The notes: a model not told the origin generated them from the sequence alone. A stretch of 63,772 nucleotides of DNA, filler included, from Octopus bimaculoides (GCF_001194135.2; 5 parts of 5 records of this genome joined end to end with filler, not necessarily neighbours in it), one strand, 5' to 3'; numbered from the whole stretch's first letter, positions 25,052 through 38,120 are shown. A program made the numbers and translations.

Positions 25052-25095
25052 ACACCTGTTGAAGGCTGGAGGGTATATCAGCCAAGACGTTGTGT
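25052..25095 (+). ncRNA. Minimal type I hammerhead motif, decayed
   Basis: ACAC CTGTTGA A GGCTG gagggtatat CAGCC AAGAC GTT GTGT, followed within a few bases by AATAAA. Confidence 0.6.
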
Positions 25096-25562
25096 TAACA
25101 ATAAACAAGATGAGGACAAATATCCGTCAAATGTAAATAATGTAAATAATTCCTCATTTCTTAAAAATAGAACCAAATGTTGTAATCGTTTGAAGAATGG
25201 AAGTTCAGAATTCCTGCTTGGTAATGATTATAGCACTAACGATATATCATTGTTAATTGGTGAAGACATTAAATGTGGCTGCGTATTCCCACAATAGACA
25301 CCTGTTTCATTAGTTTGCCACTCTTAAGTTCAACTTCCTTTATACAAATGTATGGAGGAGGTCAGAAAAGTGAGGCTGGTGGTTCACTGGTCTCATCTCT
25401 GTATTAGTGGAGATGAAAAGTCATTTATGAAACTGATGGTTCATATGTTGTTGTTGTTGTTGTTGTTGCTGTTGGTGGTGTTATTGGTTGTGGTGGTGTT
25501 GCTTAGTTACAAGTCAGACGCATCGAAGCTATTGGAGAAATGGATGTTAAAAGGTAGATGAC

Positions 25563-25636
<74 letters not shown>

Positions 25637-27619
25637 CGGTGGTGGCGGTGGCGGTGGTGGTGGTGATGATGTGGAGGATGAGGATGGTGATAATGATGAT
25701 GATCATGTTGAACATCATGATGATGCAGAAGAGGAGGGGGAAGANNNNNNNNNNNNNNNNNNNNNNNNNNNNNNNNNNNNNNNNNNNNNNNNNNNNNNNN
25801 NNNNNNNNNNNNNNNNNNNNNNNNNNNNNNNNNNNNNNNNNNNNNNNNNNNNNNNNNNNNNNNNNNNNNNNNNNNNNNNNNNNNNNNNNNNNNNGGCTGT
25901 GATGACAGCTGAAGGCTTATGGACGAGTGGTCAAGACATTGCACTCACAATCGCAAGATCATGGTTGGTTTCAATTCCTTGATTGAGCAGTATATTGGGT
26001 TCTTGAGCAAAACACTTCATTTCATCTTATTTTTTTATTGCCCACAAGGGGCTACACACAGAGGGAGCAAACAAGGACAGACAAAGGGATTAAGTCGATT
26101 ATATCGACCCCAGTGCGTAACTGGTACTTATTTAATCGACCCCGAAAGGATGAACGGCAAAGTTGACCTCAGTGGAATTTGAACTCAGAACGTAGCAGCA
26201 GATAAAATGCCGCTAAGCATTTCCCCCCGTGTGCTAAAGTTTCTGCCAGCTCGCCGCCTCCATTTCATCTTGGTCCAGTCCACTCAGCTGTAAATGCGCA
26301 GCCCTAATACAGATGGGTGTCTTGCTCAAGGGGAATGCTGTGATCCCAGTCACTTATACATCATAGAGACTAGGTAACCAACCTGATGGGTCCTAGAACT
26401 CAAAACAATGCTTAATACATATTCTTTTCTACTCTAGGCAAAAGGCCCGAAATTTTTGGGGTGGGGACCAGGACCAGCCGATTAGATCATCCCCAGTACA
26501 CAACTGGTATTTAATTTATCAACCCTGAACTCAGAATGTAAAGACGGACGAAATACCGCTAAGCATTTCACCCGGCGTGTTAACAATTCAGCCAGCTTGC
26601 TGCCTTAAATACTTAATACATGTTGAGAGTGCCAGTCCTTCATACATCATCCCCACAACAATAATGATGACAGCAATGATAAATTCCAGCATCCACAACA
26701 GACAATTCTCTCATCTGCTACAATCCATGTGTGTGCTTCTATGCACCAAGCACCAATATGAGAGGATCTCTCAAGGCTCATAAAACAGTATTCAGTGTTC
26801 TAACAAGACACCCACATTAAGTTGGATATAAGGATTACCTTTTGGTACTACTACTGATTCTGTCACTAACAATTAATGATGATGACAGCAATGATGGTTT
26901 CTTGAGCCAAAAAGCAACTGGGCATCTCATGAGTAGTTCTTTAAAGTCATTCAATATATTGATTGCTGAAGACAAATCTATCTCCAACAAACTCCCACCA
27001 GGCATCGTTGAAAAGATGAGTTTGCTCAAAATGTTATGACTTTGTGTTGTGTTTGTATAATAACAGAACAAGAATTGGATACAAGAATTCCTAAGAATTG
27101 TTACTTTTATTGACATTGAAAAGGCTTTGTGAGTCAACATGAGCCAGGCTTTTTATGGAATAGTCTAAGCTTTTAATCACAGATTTAAAATGGCATGAAA
27201 TGAGCCAAATTTAAGGATTTAAGATCATTTAGTTACAGCAGAAATGCTAGATTAAAAAAACTCTGTGGACTAAGAGTTAGAATGTGCTTTCCAAGTGATT
27301 CTTTCCAAATCAGTCTGGTAGTCTCTTTTGGATGCATTTTAGGATGTCTACCTGCTTAACAGCTGACCTTGGAGCAGTGTTCCAATGAGGGTCTCAATGT
27401 GCTAATCTGTTAAAAATGACAGACAAACTCTCTCAAATCACACCCTGCCATTTAAAAAATAAAAATTTGTGATGGCTGAAATGTCTTCAATCTTTGGTCC
27501 ACATGATTAGGCTTGGTCCAGATCTAAACACAGCAAATGGTTTCTTTCTGACTATTCCAGATCATCTTCAAAATGGTTATGTCATTAATTGTCATTTTAA
27601 AGATTATGACATCATTTCT

Positions 27620-27900
27620 CAGTTCAGTTCCTCCTCAACTCCTGACCACATGGGGAAGCAAGTTGATGCCACTGGTTTCTCTGTTGGCTGCAGTTTTCAC
27701 TACACCTGGCCATGTGGTATTAGCTTCTCTCATGTTGGTTATGAATGCACCATGTAGTTTCTCGGTCTTTCTCCCCTTCCTTTTCCCTCTGTTGGTGTCC
27801 ACTTGAAAGCTGTTTTAGAATGGCATTATTTTCGAAACTGGCATATCTAACCAGCTAGTTTTCCATTTTGTCTTGGTGCTCTTTAGAATGGCTTAGTTGA
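27620..27900 (-). mobile_element. Decayed RTE-like LINE C-terminus
   Basis: Frameshifted minus-strand readings FKWTPTEGKRKG..., REANTTWPGVVKTAANRE and QWHQLASPC follow the RTE pattern W-P-GKRKRGRP-TW...A-DR--W. A similar, weaker remnant is at 46790-47090. Confidence 0.55.
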
Positions 27901-28116
27901 TTATGAGGTCTTGTGTGTGTACATTCTTAGAATTCTCATATTTCATAATAAAGACTAAATTATGTTTAGAATCTCATCCAGTTCAATTAATTACCAGGAA
28001 TAAGAACCAGAATTTTTGGATGGTTGATTTAAAACAAACAAGCAGCTTGTTCAGAAGCAGACATTTAAACTTTTGCAAAGGGCTTAAAATTAAGGATATT
28101 TATAATAGGATGATGG

Positions 28117-28148
<32 letters not shown>

Positions 28149-29122
28149 GTAATGCTGACTTCATCCAGTTCCACTAAGGAGAAATCAAAGTAATGTGGAA
28201 GTCACTCAATTTGTTTGAAATATGTATCTCAAATCACACTTTAATCATCTTGAAAATGGATACATTTATTAATGTGAGCCTAGATTTCCAGTGTATTGGG
28301 AAAAGATGTGACAATCCAAGTATGATCCTAGCATGATTGTAATACTTTTAATCATAGGCCTGTTTGATAAAGGCAGATTTAAAGTTAAAAGACAGCAACT
28401 TGTGACAAATACCATTTGTGCTAAACAGGCATCCAAACCACGAGATTCTTCTTATACCAGCTTAATTATCATGAAGACCAAAGATATGCAATTAGGCAGC
28501 ATAAGTCTGTGAAATAACATTTTCTCAATCTATACTTTGAAACAAATTTCACAATCTCTCTTGTAAAGAAATACTAAGTGTTTATATCTATAGAGAAAAG
28601 TGTACAAAGTTCAATATATTGATGTATTGCTAATTTAAACTATTATAAAGTCTCTGTTTACATCTTAAGATATTAGGAAATTTCTTCAACAGAGTTTTGT
28701 GTTCATTTGGTCTTGTGTCTTGTTGTGTTTGGTTAACATTGTTTCAAGTTTCTTGGAAAGTTCAATATGTATTTTAGAGAAATTTATTTTGAAAATAAGA
28801 CTGAAGAAAATAAATACATCAAACAAACGTTCTAAAATGTTGTAACCTAATTACAAAAACATGCATGTGTTTGTGTGTGTATTCTTGTGTGTGGGGGTGT
28901 GAGTGTATTTGTATATGTTTGTGTAAGCCTGTGCATGCAAACGTGTGAATTCATGTGAATATATGTATATGCATATATATATAAATGTGTGTGTGTGTGT
29001 GTGTGTGTAAGTGTGTGTAGACCTATGGGCAGCACAGACTGATAGATAGCTACTTAGATATTTAAATATAAACAAAGTTAATATAAGCATATAGCTAGGT
29101 ACACAAACACATATACATGCAT

Positions 29123-29243
<121 letters not shown>

Positions 29244-30273
29244 AAGATACACATATAGACATATATAAAGATATATCTAATCATTCCTATATGTACAGCC
29301 ACTGACATATAACATACATGATGCAAGTTAACAGAATATAAATCCAATTATTTTACCATTTCCAATAAACGAACAAAGAAATTCTCAAGAAATTCTTAAG
29401 AAATTCTTAAGATAAAAATTGAGCTTATAAAAAAAAAAATCATAGTCTTTGATTTTTCAAATTATGTACTGAAGTAAAAGAAAAAAATAAATAAATATAT
29501 AGATAAAAACAGAGATATGCAAAAGAGTATACCAAGCTAGATTCTAACTTTGGTTGATGGTTGAATTAAGTTTAATCAGAAAACGAAATTTTTAATTCTT
29601 TTTTTTTTTTTGGTAAATTTCTTAAAATTATTTTAAAATCATTTTATATTTTTATTTTCACTCCAAAATAATATTTGTAGAAAAATAATAAAGGAATCAG
29701 TAAATATGTTAGTGTGTGTGTCTATGTATGGATGAATATCATATGTGCATGTATGTATAAATATCGTTTGTGTATATACGGATAAACACTCTGGAAATTG
29801 AAGGTGAAAGAAAGAAGTTGTCTTAGAGGAAAAAAAAAATAATGCTTTCATCCAGTGAACAATGTTGTTATTGTTGTTGCTGTTGTTTTGTTCGTATTGT
29901 TATTAATATTTTGTATAAAGGTGTTGTTAGTTTTCTTTAGTTTTATTCGTCAGTTTTCCAGTGATCAATATAATTAGCATGAGTCAAGAAAGAGAGTCAA
30001 TGAAATCGATATATCCACCCTCAACACAAAAGGTGTAAGATTGTGGCTTTGTGTCAGTGTTATAGATTATCACCATTAATCCATGTGTAAAAGGAACGGA
30101 GTGTGGAGGGGGACAGTGAAATGCTGGTATATGCAGGACAGTGGACAGAGACAAGAGAACTTCTTATTCAAGAGACAAGACACATAGAACTGGAACAGCA
30201 TCGTATTTGCATGTTTGAGAGCAGAACAAGAACCTGCATGAAGTCCATCAACAACTACAGCCATGTAAGGATG

Positions 30274-30302
30274 CCACTGATGAAGAATAGAGGCTGCTCT
30301 TC
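30274..30302 (+). ncRNA. Truncated hammerhead-like half motif
   Basis: CTGATGA A GAATAG aggctg CTCTTC, then a different repeat starts where GAAAC is expected. Confidence 0.35.
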
Positions 30303-30445
30303 AGATCTGTTTATCTTGATATGAGATCTGTTTATCTTGATATGAGATCACCATGTCACGCACATATAGTTGTGATACTTGTGCCTGGTGTATCCTTATC
30401 AGACGGGTAGTCATGATGGGTATATTGGGCTTCGTATATTTTACC

Positions 30446-30823
30446 CAGGAAACCTGCCAGTCACCTAGTCACCTACCGCTCCGGCAGACACTAACTTCAG
30501 GAAACCTGCCAGTCACCTAGTCACCTACCGCTCCGGCAGACACTCTAGCCAAATCGACTACATCCTCGCCAGAAATAGGGAAAGAGGGCGGCTTATAAAT
30601 GCCAAAACCTACCCTGGCGAAGAATGTACCCCACAACATAGATTAGTAGTTAGCGACTTTGGGATCAAGGCAAAATGGGTGCCCAGAATTAGACAGGCTT
30701 GGAGAAGAAGGGTGTGGAAGCTTAAAGACCCTGCAAACGGACAGAGACTTAGAGACAAGTTACTTGAAGCATTTAACGAAATAGAAGGGGATATAGCATC
30801 ATACAACGTGGAAGACAATTGGA
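30446..30823 (+). mobile_element. RTE-clade LINE AP-endonuclease C-terminal fragment
   Basis: Open reading FRKPASHLVTYRSGRHSSQIDYILARN...TYPGEECTPQHRLVVSDF...VWKLKD, containing the APE motifs QIDYIL and HRLV. It ends at a gap. Confidence 0.9.
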
Positions 30824-30867
30824 NNNNNNNNNNNNNNNNNNNNNNNNNNNNNNNNNNNNNNNNNNNN

Positions 30868-30879
30868 TTAATTAATTAA
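30868..30879. other. Assembly linker TTAATTAATTAA (artefact)
   Basis: Always 44 N + 12 bp + 44 N. Repeated at 53931, 57547 and 60133. Confidence 0.95.
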
Positions 30880-31063
30880 NNNNNNNNNNNNNNNNNNNNN
30901 NNNNNNNNNNNNNNNNNNNNNNNGTGTGTGTGTGTGTGCGTGTAAATGAATAATTGAGTGAAAGAGCCAGATTTTATAAATCTAGTCCTTTCGTTTGTCT
31001 TCTCTTTCCCCCTTCAGTCACTCACTCACCCCCACTCACCATCACTCCCTTTCCCTTATCTCT

Positions 31064-31111
<48 letters not shown>

Positions 31112-32251
31112 GTCTCTTTCATTCATATCGTTTTATAAGAGAGACAAAAAGGAGACTTAGCAAAGAGAAAATAAGACATAAGAGAGAGGAGAAATAGAAA
31201 GCAGGAAAGAGAAAAGACAAATAGCACAAAAAAAAACAACAAAAAGAAAAGGTCTACATACACATACATACATATATGCATACATACATATATACATACA
31301 TATGAAGAGAGAGGGGAGGAGGAGGAAGCAAAAGCGACGGAGAAGACAGATCATATAAAATATAAAATCGATCTTTTGAACTGCCGAGCTGAAAGTGTGA
31401 AGTGAAAATTTCTAAATGTCTCTCGTTGCATTAAAAGTCACCTTCATCTTCAAAAACACTGTGTGTCGCTAAACACACGCGGACGACATGTTACGTGTGC
31501 GTGAATGTATGCACGAAAGTACTTATGCACATACGTATGTATCTATATATTATATGTATATGTATATATATGTATATATATACANNNNNNNNNNNNNNNN
31601 NNNNNNNNNNNNNNNNNNNNNNNNNNNNNNNNNNNNNNNNNNNNNNNNNNNNNNNNNNNNNNNNNNNNNNNNNNNNNNNNNNNNNNNNNNNNNNNNNNNN
31701 NNNNNNNNNNNNNNNNNNNNNNNNNNNNNNNNNNNNNNNNNNNNNNNNNNNNNNNNNNNNNNNNNNNNNNNNNNNNNNNNNNNNNNNNNNNNNNNNNNNN
31801 NNNNNNNNNNNNNNNNNNNNNNNNNNNNNNNNNNNNNNNNNNNNNNNNNNNNNNNNNNNNNNNNNNNNNNNNNNNNNNNNNNNNNNNNNNNNNNNNNNNN
31901 NNNNNNNNNNNNNNNNNNNNNNNNNNNNNNNNNNNNNNNNNNNNNNNNNNNNNNNNNNNNNNNNNNNNNNNNNNNNNNNNNNNNNNNNNNNNNNNNNNNN
32001 NNNNNNNNNNNNNNNNNNNNNNNNNNNNNNNNNNNNNNNNNNNNNNNNNNNNNNNNNNNNNNNNNNNNNNNNNNNNNNNNNNNNNNNNNNNNNNNNNNNN
32101 NNNNNNNNNNNNNNNNNNNNNNNNNNNNNNNNNNNNNNNNNNNNNNNNNNNNNNNNNNNNNNNNNNNNNNNNNNNNNNNNNNNNNNNNNNNNNNNNNNNN
32201 NNNNNNNNNNNNNNNNNNNNNNNNNNNNNNNNNNNNNNNNNNNNNNNNNNN

Positions 32252-32287
<36 letters not shown>

Positions 32288-32763
32288 GTCATGTATGTCA
32301 TGTAAGCATATGTATACACACACACTCACGTATAAGTACATATATATATATGTATATATATATAAATAGATAGATACATACATACATACATATACATGTG
32401 TGTGTGTGAGTATCAAGCCATATACGCATGTCTGTGGGGAGGGCGGTGAGGTTATTGTTGAATGTGCGTGCTTGTACGTGCGTGGGTTTATGTGTGCGTA
32501 TGTGTGTGTGCCTGTGTTTGTGTGTGTGCCTGTGTTTGTGTGTGTGGCAATGCCAACAATAGAACGTCTGTAAAGAGCAGCCCTTCACCTCACCTCCCAC
32601 CCTGCGCCTCACCCCCTGAGCAGCCATTGTATTCTTGAAGACAGTGAGAAATTCTTGTCAAACTTGGCGGAGTCTTCTTCGAGCTATTGTTGTTCTCTTG
32701 GAACATGTCCTCCGTTCTATTGTTTAATGTTTGTTCCCCACTTCCATTCTTCTCCCACCTTAC

Positions 32764-32795
<32 letters not shown>

Positions 32796-33649
32796 CAACA
32801 ACAGCAGCAGCAGTTGCAATGCATTCTAGAATACACAAGAAATAACAGACAAATCACTCTCGAACCACACCCCAAATTTGTAGTAAAAAAAAACACACGT
32901 GGGTTAATGCTGTCTGCAGCACCGTATGTCTTGCAAATAAGACGAGATTGTCATGGATAGAATACTTCGATGGAATGTTCCGATTAAATATCTGCCCGAC
33001 CGTGGATGACCTGGGGTTGAACAACAGTGACATCAGCAACAGCAAAATCTACATCAGAACCATGACAACAACACCAATACTAACAAAGTCAACAATGGAA
33101 GAGAATATGTGCGGACGCTCAACTTACTCGAAATAGCAACCAAATCTCTCATTCTCCAATGTGTTCTTTTTTTTTATCTTAAAGACGGAAGAACACAATG
33201 AAGAGTGTTTTCTTTATGCGCTCTGCCGGCAAAAACTGAAACGACTTCAATCATGTGTCAACATGATCAGGTCTGCAGCAACTATAACATCAACAACAAC
33301 AATACAATCTCTCTTTGGCACTAAAGTTAAGGCGGCTACATATGGTTATTCTATATCACTGTTACACTAGCTGTGTAAAACAGCGATGTGTTTCCTACAT
33401 CATCGTTACAACCGCAGTATTACAGTACATGTTACACCTTTTCTTTTACAGCAACTAAACATTGTTTCAATGTTACGCAAGCTATATAACATTGTGTCAC
33501 ACTATTTGTATCACAAGGTGTTTTACAGTCTCTGTACTGCACGTTGTGTGGTACATTACTTTGTTACAGTGTACGTGACAGAGTGTCTATATTGCAGGTG
33601 ACTGTTCAACTACGACCATATTAATATTCTTGTGATAAGAAAACTGTAG

Positions 33650-34095
33650 TGTGTCACAAAATAACTATGTTGCTATCTAGCTAGTACCGTATTTGCGTTA
33701 CGATTAACTGTTGAGTTTCCTGCTAAACTGTCTGGTTGTCATAGTATCTGTATGACACAAAATAACTTTTAAGCCACTTCGGTATAACTGTGTTACAAAA
33801 AATGTTAAGCTTCCTGAGTATTACAGTATTTGTGTCACAAAATAACTACTAGGTTACCTGAGTATTATAGAACTTTTATGTCACAAAATGACTGTTAAAC
33901 TATCTGAGTTTACAGTATCTGTATGTCACAAAATAACTGTTAAGCTACTTAGGTAATACAATATTTGTGTCACAAGATTACTGTATCTGTATGTCACAAA
34001 ATAACTGTTAAGCTTTCTAAATATTACAGCATCTGTATGTCCCAAGATTACTGCTAAGCTACTTTTGAGTTACGATATCCGCGTCACAAAACCGC
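33650..34095. repeat. Degenerate minisatellite, unit about 44-46 bp
   Basis: Recurring TGTCACAAAATAACTGTTAAGCT...TTACAGTATCTGTA, roughly 9-10 copies. Confidence 0.75.
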
Positions 34096-37041
34096 TACAA
34101 ACTACCAAAGGCTGTTCTGTTGCTAGATGACTAGATATCAGCTAACTCACATACTTGTTACATTGTAGCAGACTGTACCTATTACAGATATAGAGTATAA
34201 CTATATCCGGTTTTAGAGATATGCTGTGTCACATCTTGCCTGATCTACAAACTAATTAACAATAATTCCATTCTATTCGCATTGCTAATGTCTTTGGCGA
34301 AGCATGAACATCACAAAGTTTCTGAACTAAATACACTAATTTTATATTAATAGTTTTAGTGGTATTTTTTCAAATTATATTTAGGTGTTTTGTACTTTAA
34401 ATCAGTTAAGACTGACTTATGATATATGTGTCAGCAGTAACGCGCCACGATTTTTAGGTGACACGCGATCGATTGTAAAAAAAAAACAAATCTCCCTACA
34501 ATACCCTACAATAAAAAAGCTCACTAAATTTGACCCCCAAAATTGTCAAAACTTTAAACATAGTATTTCTCGAAACAAAATTATATTTTTCAGTGATATT
34601 TAGTGCTGTAACAATTTGTATTACAAACCATAAATTAAAAGTTTCTTAGAAATTAATGAATTAGTAACTCATGATTAGCTGCTCACACAGATTGATACGA
34701 CATGATAATTGCTTGATTTTAGCTTCTTATTTCACCCAATATTTTTTCTTCTTTTTTCTAAACCCAATTATAAAGGCATCAACAGGTAATAAAAATTTAA
34801 ATAGCCATAAAAAAAAATGGACGATATTTTTAAGATCGGTCGACTGAAACAATATGGCGCTGTTGATAAAGGTGGTGATAAAGCTTTTTTTTTTTTAGGT
34901 TTTTTTTTCATTTTGATAGGCTAAGACATGGCTGTATAGTTAAAAAGTTCGATTTGTAACCATGTAGGTTCAATTCTACTACGTGGAACTTTGAGCAAGT
35001 GTCTTATACTATAACCCAGGCTAGTCAATGTCTTGTGGATGAGTTTAATAGACGGAAACTGTGTGGATAGGCCAAAATATTGGCTTTATAAAGCAATTTC
35101 CAGAAGCTGTTGGTCATCTCTGTTTTTTTCCATTGTAATTATACATCAAAAAGTACATAGAAGTAGGTATTACAGATTTAGACGATGTGATGAAAGTTTT
35201 GAATATAGACAGCCAATTTATCAAGCCGTTGCATAAACTAGAATACAATTTACTTCTAAATGAAATTCAATCATTTTACAGGGGTTTATTAAGGTAAATA
35301 ATCTACGATGGTCGTGGTCAAGTACTCGAATAGTTTGTTGAATATTTAAATGACTGTTATGACGTGGGTATACAGGTCTAGTGTAAAATAATAACACCGC
35401 CAACTACACTCTTCCACAGTTCACTCAGTTCTTATTTATTGTGATCGGTTAATCCACTTTGAGCCACGTGGGGCCTTTCAGGATATCTCCCATAGCAATA
35501 ACACAATAGTATTTTATAATATGGAACACGTGGAAGGAAATTCTCTTTAATTAAATGATTACACAGGGAACAGGATTCTCAATGATTTTCCATTGCATCG
35601 AAATAAACTTAATATTAAACTGTAAGAAGGTGGCGAACTGGTGGAATCGTTAGCACGCCGGACAAAATGCTTAACAGCATTTCGTCCGTCTTTACGATCT
35701 GAGTTCAATTTCCCTCCGGATTAACTTTCGCTTTCATCCTTTCAGGGTCAATAAAATAATTCCCAGTTGAGCACTGGAAATTATGTAATCGACTTAGCCC
35801 CTCCCCCGAAACTTCTGATCTTGAGCCATAATTTAAAACTAACATTAAACTTCAAAGTTTAGGAAAATCCACTAACATGTGGCTTGCTCGAGAGCTTTGA
35901 GAATAAACCTGGCGTCTTTCAATGATTTAGAAAGTAAAAGTTAAAAGTATTTCCCATCATTTTTCCCAAGGGGAAAGAATGTTTTAAAGAAACCACCTGT
36001 AAGAATCTTGAACAACGTAAAACCCTTTAAGAGAAACTTCTAAGAACCGTGATTGATTAGGGTAGATGTTTTGCAATCAGAAAGTTAGAAAATAAAAACA
36101 ATGCAATTAATAAAATTAGCTGATGAAGAAGATTTCATGAATTCAGATTAATTGTGCTTGGGTGGTTAGAATTAATAGATCTAGAAATGCAGTTAGTTGA
36201 CTTCTAATCTAATCTTATTTGGAAACGAAAAGAACTATTGTTACATTCAGAATTTATTTACAAGATACTGATAGTGAACATCTGCAAAAACAAAAAGAGT
36301 TTAGCCGTCACTCGCAAGTGAATATCAACTGATCGCATGTACTACCTTGCTGTTGTTGTTGTTGTTTGAGGTGCCTATTTAGTCGTGGGCAAACGTTAAC
36401 ATTCTTTCTACTGGACCACACTTGGTCCAGCAGTGCATCGAAGATGTTACAGCTCCAAAAGAAAAAAGAAGGACTGCACCAACAAGGAAACAACGTGTAT
36501 ATATACATACAGGCGTGGGCATGCATGCGTGTGTATGTGTGTATGTATGTACGTATACATATACGTGTGCGTGTGTGTATGTATGCATATAAATATGTAT
36601 ATATACATATATACAAATATATATATATATAGTATCAAAAGGGCAAAAAATACGTATATAAAATCAAGAAGGAAAATGCACACGATTTACATGATTTTAA
36701 TATATTTTTTTATATATTTCATAAGTGAAAGAGTATTGTGTTTGTCGACTGGTTTCGCTTTCGTTAATAATGACATTGAAATTATTGTAATTTCGTATTT
36801 TCTTCAGAAGATTTTAGTCTATCTTGTGTATGGGAGTTTGTGAATGAAATAGATCAGCAAGTAGAAGAATGTCAGGGGAGGTAATTGGTAATCGTTATTA
36901 TTCGGGACAAGGGAGGTAATTTGTCATATTTTGGGGAAGGGATAAATAAATATACAACTCAAAAGCGAAACTAGTAAGATGAAGTACTTACAGTCATGGG
37001 TATGTGAAAATGAATTAAAATATATACTGAGACCAAAGTTG

Positions 37042-37080
<39 letters not shown>

Positions 37081-37104
37081 AACTCAGTTGGGTGTGTGTC
37101 TATA

Positions 37105-37480
37105 TATAGGTGCGGGGCAGGTTTGGTTCTCAACCACATGGTTCCGAGATCGGTCCTACTGCTTGGCACTTTGGGCAGATTTCCTCTGCTGTAGCCTTGG
37201 GTCGGCCAAAGCCTTGTAAGTAGGTTTGGTGGTTGCAAGCTGAAGGAGGCCCGTCGTATATATGCGTGAGTGTGTGTGTGTGTTCCACCATTACTGCTTG
37301 ACAACCGATGTTGGTGTGTTTACGTCTCCCGTAACTTAACGGTTCAGCAAAAGAAAACGATAGAACAAGTAGCAGGCTTTAAAAAAAATAAATACTAAGG
37401 CCGATTCATTCGAATAAAATTCTTTAGGGCGGTTCCTTAGCATGGCAGCAATCTAATGACCGAAACAGGTAAAAGATAAA
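37105..37480 (+). mobile_element. Family E tRNA-headed SINE
   Basis: Head AACCACATGGTTCCG..., ...GCCCGTCG, internal (TA)/(TG) tract, tail CTTGACAACCGATG...GAAACA(A/G)GTAAAAG. Confidence 0.8.
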
Positions 37481-37778
37481 CGATGCTGCGCCGCCGCCTT
37501 TAGTCGAACAAATCGATCTCATGACATATACTTTGCAAGTCTAGTACTTATTTTATCAGCATGTTTTGCCAAACCGCTAGGTTACGGGGACGTAAACACA
37601 CCAACATCGACTGTTAACCGATGGTTTGGGGAGAAACACAGACATACAAATACGTATATATATATATATATATATGTATGTATATATATATATACACACG
37701 CACGATCGGAGAGGAGAGAGAGAATGATGTAAATAAACAAGTAAACACGCTTGGACTTGATATATAACATACATATAT

Positions 37779-38120
37779 CAGGAGTGGCTGTAGCTTGCTT
37801 ACCAACCACATGGTTCCGGGTTCAGTCCCTTCTAGTATAGCCTCGGCCCACCAAAGCCTTGTGAGTGGATTTGGTAGACGGAAACTGAAAGAAGCCCGTC
37901 GTATGTATGTGTGTGTGTGTGTGTCTTTGCCCCCCCCCCCACTATCGCTTGACAACCGATGTTGTTATGTTAATTTCCCCGTAATTTAGCGGCTCGACAA
38001 AATAGACCGATAGAATAAGTTCTAGGCTTACAAAGAATAAGTCCTGGGGTCGATTTGTTCGACTAAAGGGAGTGCTCTAGCATGGCCGCAGTCAAATTAC
38101 TTAAACAATTACAATATAAA
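37779..38120 (+). mobile_element. Family E SINE, near full length
   Basis: Same modules. Other copies or halves at about 9380, 10480, 11020, 13480, 34930, 37490, 45138, 54035, 56420, 57605, 58800, 60220 and 61925. Confidence 0.85.

Larger units (their letters stand above)
24718..25175. mobile_element. Palindromic tRNA-head / hammerhead element, copy 2
   Basis: Inverted arms at about 24720-24913 and 24985-25142 flank a ~70-bp tRNA-like core on the minus strand (A box TGGCATAGTGG, B-box-like GAGTTTGATTCC). Confidence 0.88.

Noticed and set aside
26835-27170. Minus-strand exon candidate with AAG|GTAATC donor, and plus-strand FIDIEKA RT-like motif
   Set aside because: The two readings conflict and neither extends to further motifs.
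32590-33140. Exon-like or 5'UTR-like unique sequence
   Set aside because: Splice signals are plausible, but frames are low-complexity or stop-interrupted and nothing can be named.
36340-36500. Short exon candidates on both strands
   Set aside because: Equally plausible on either strand, with no homology I can recognise.
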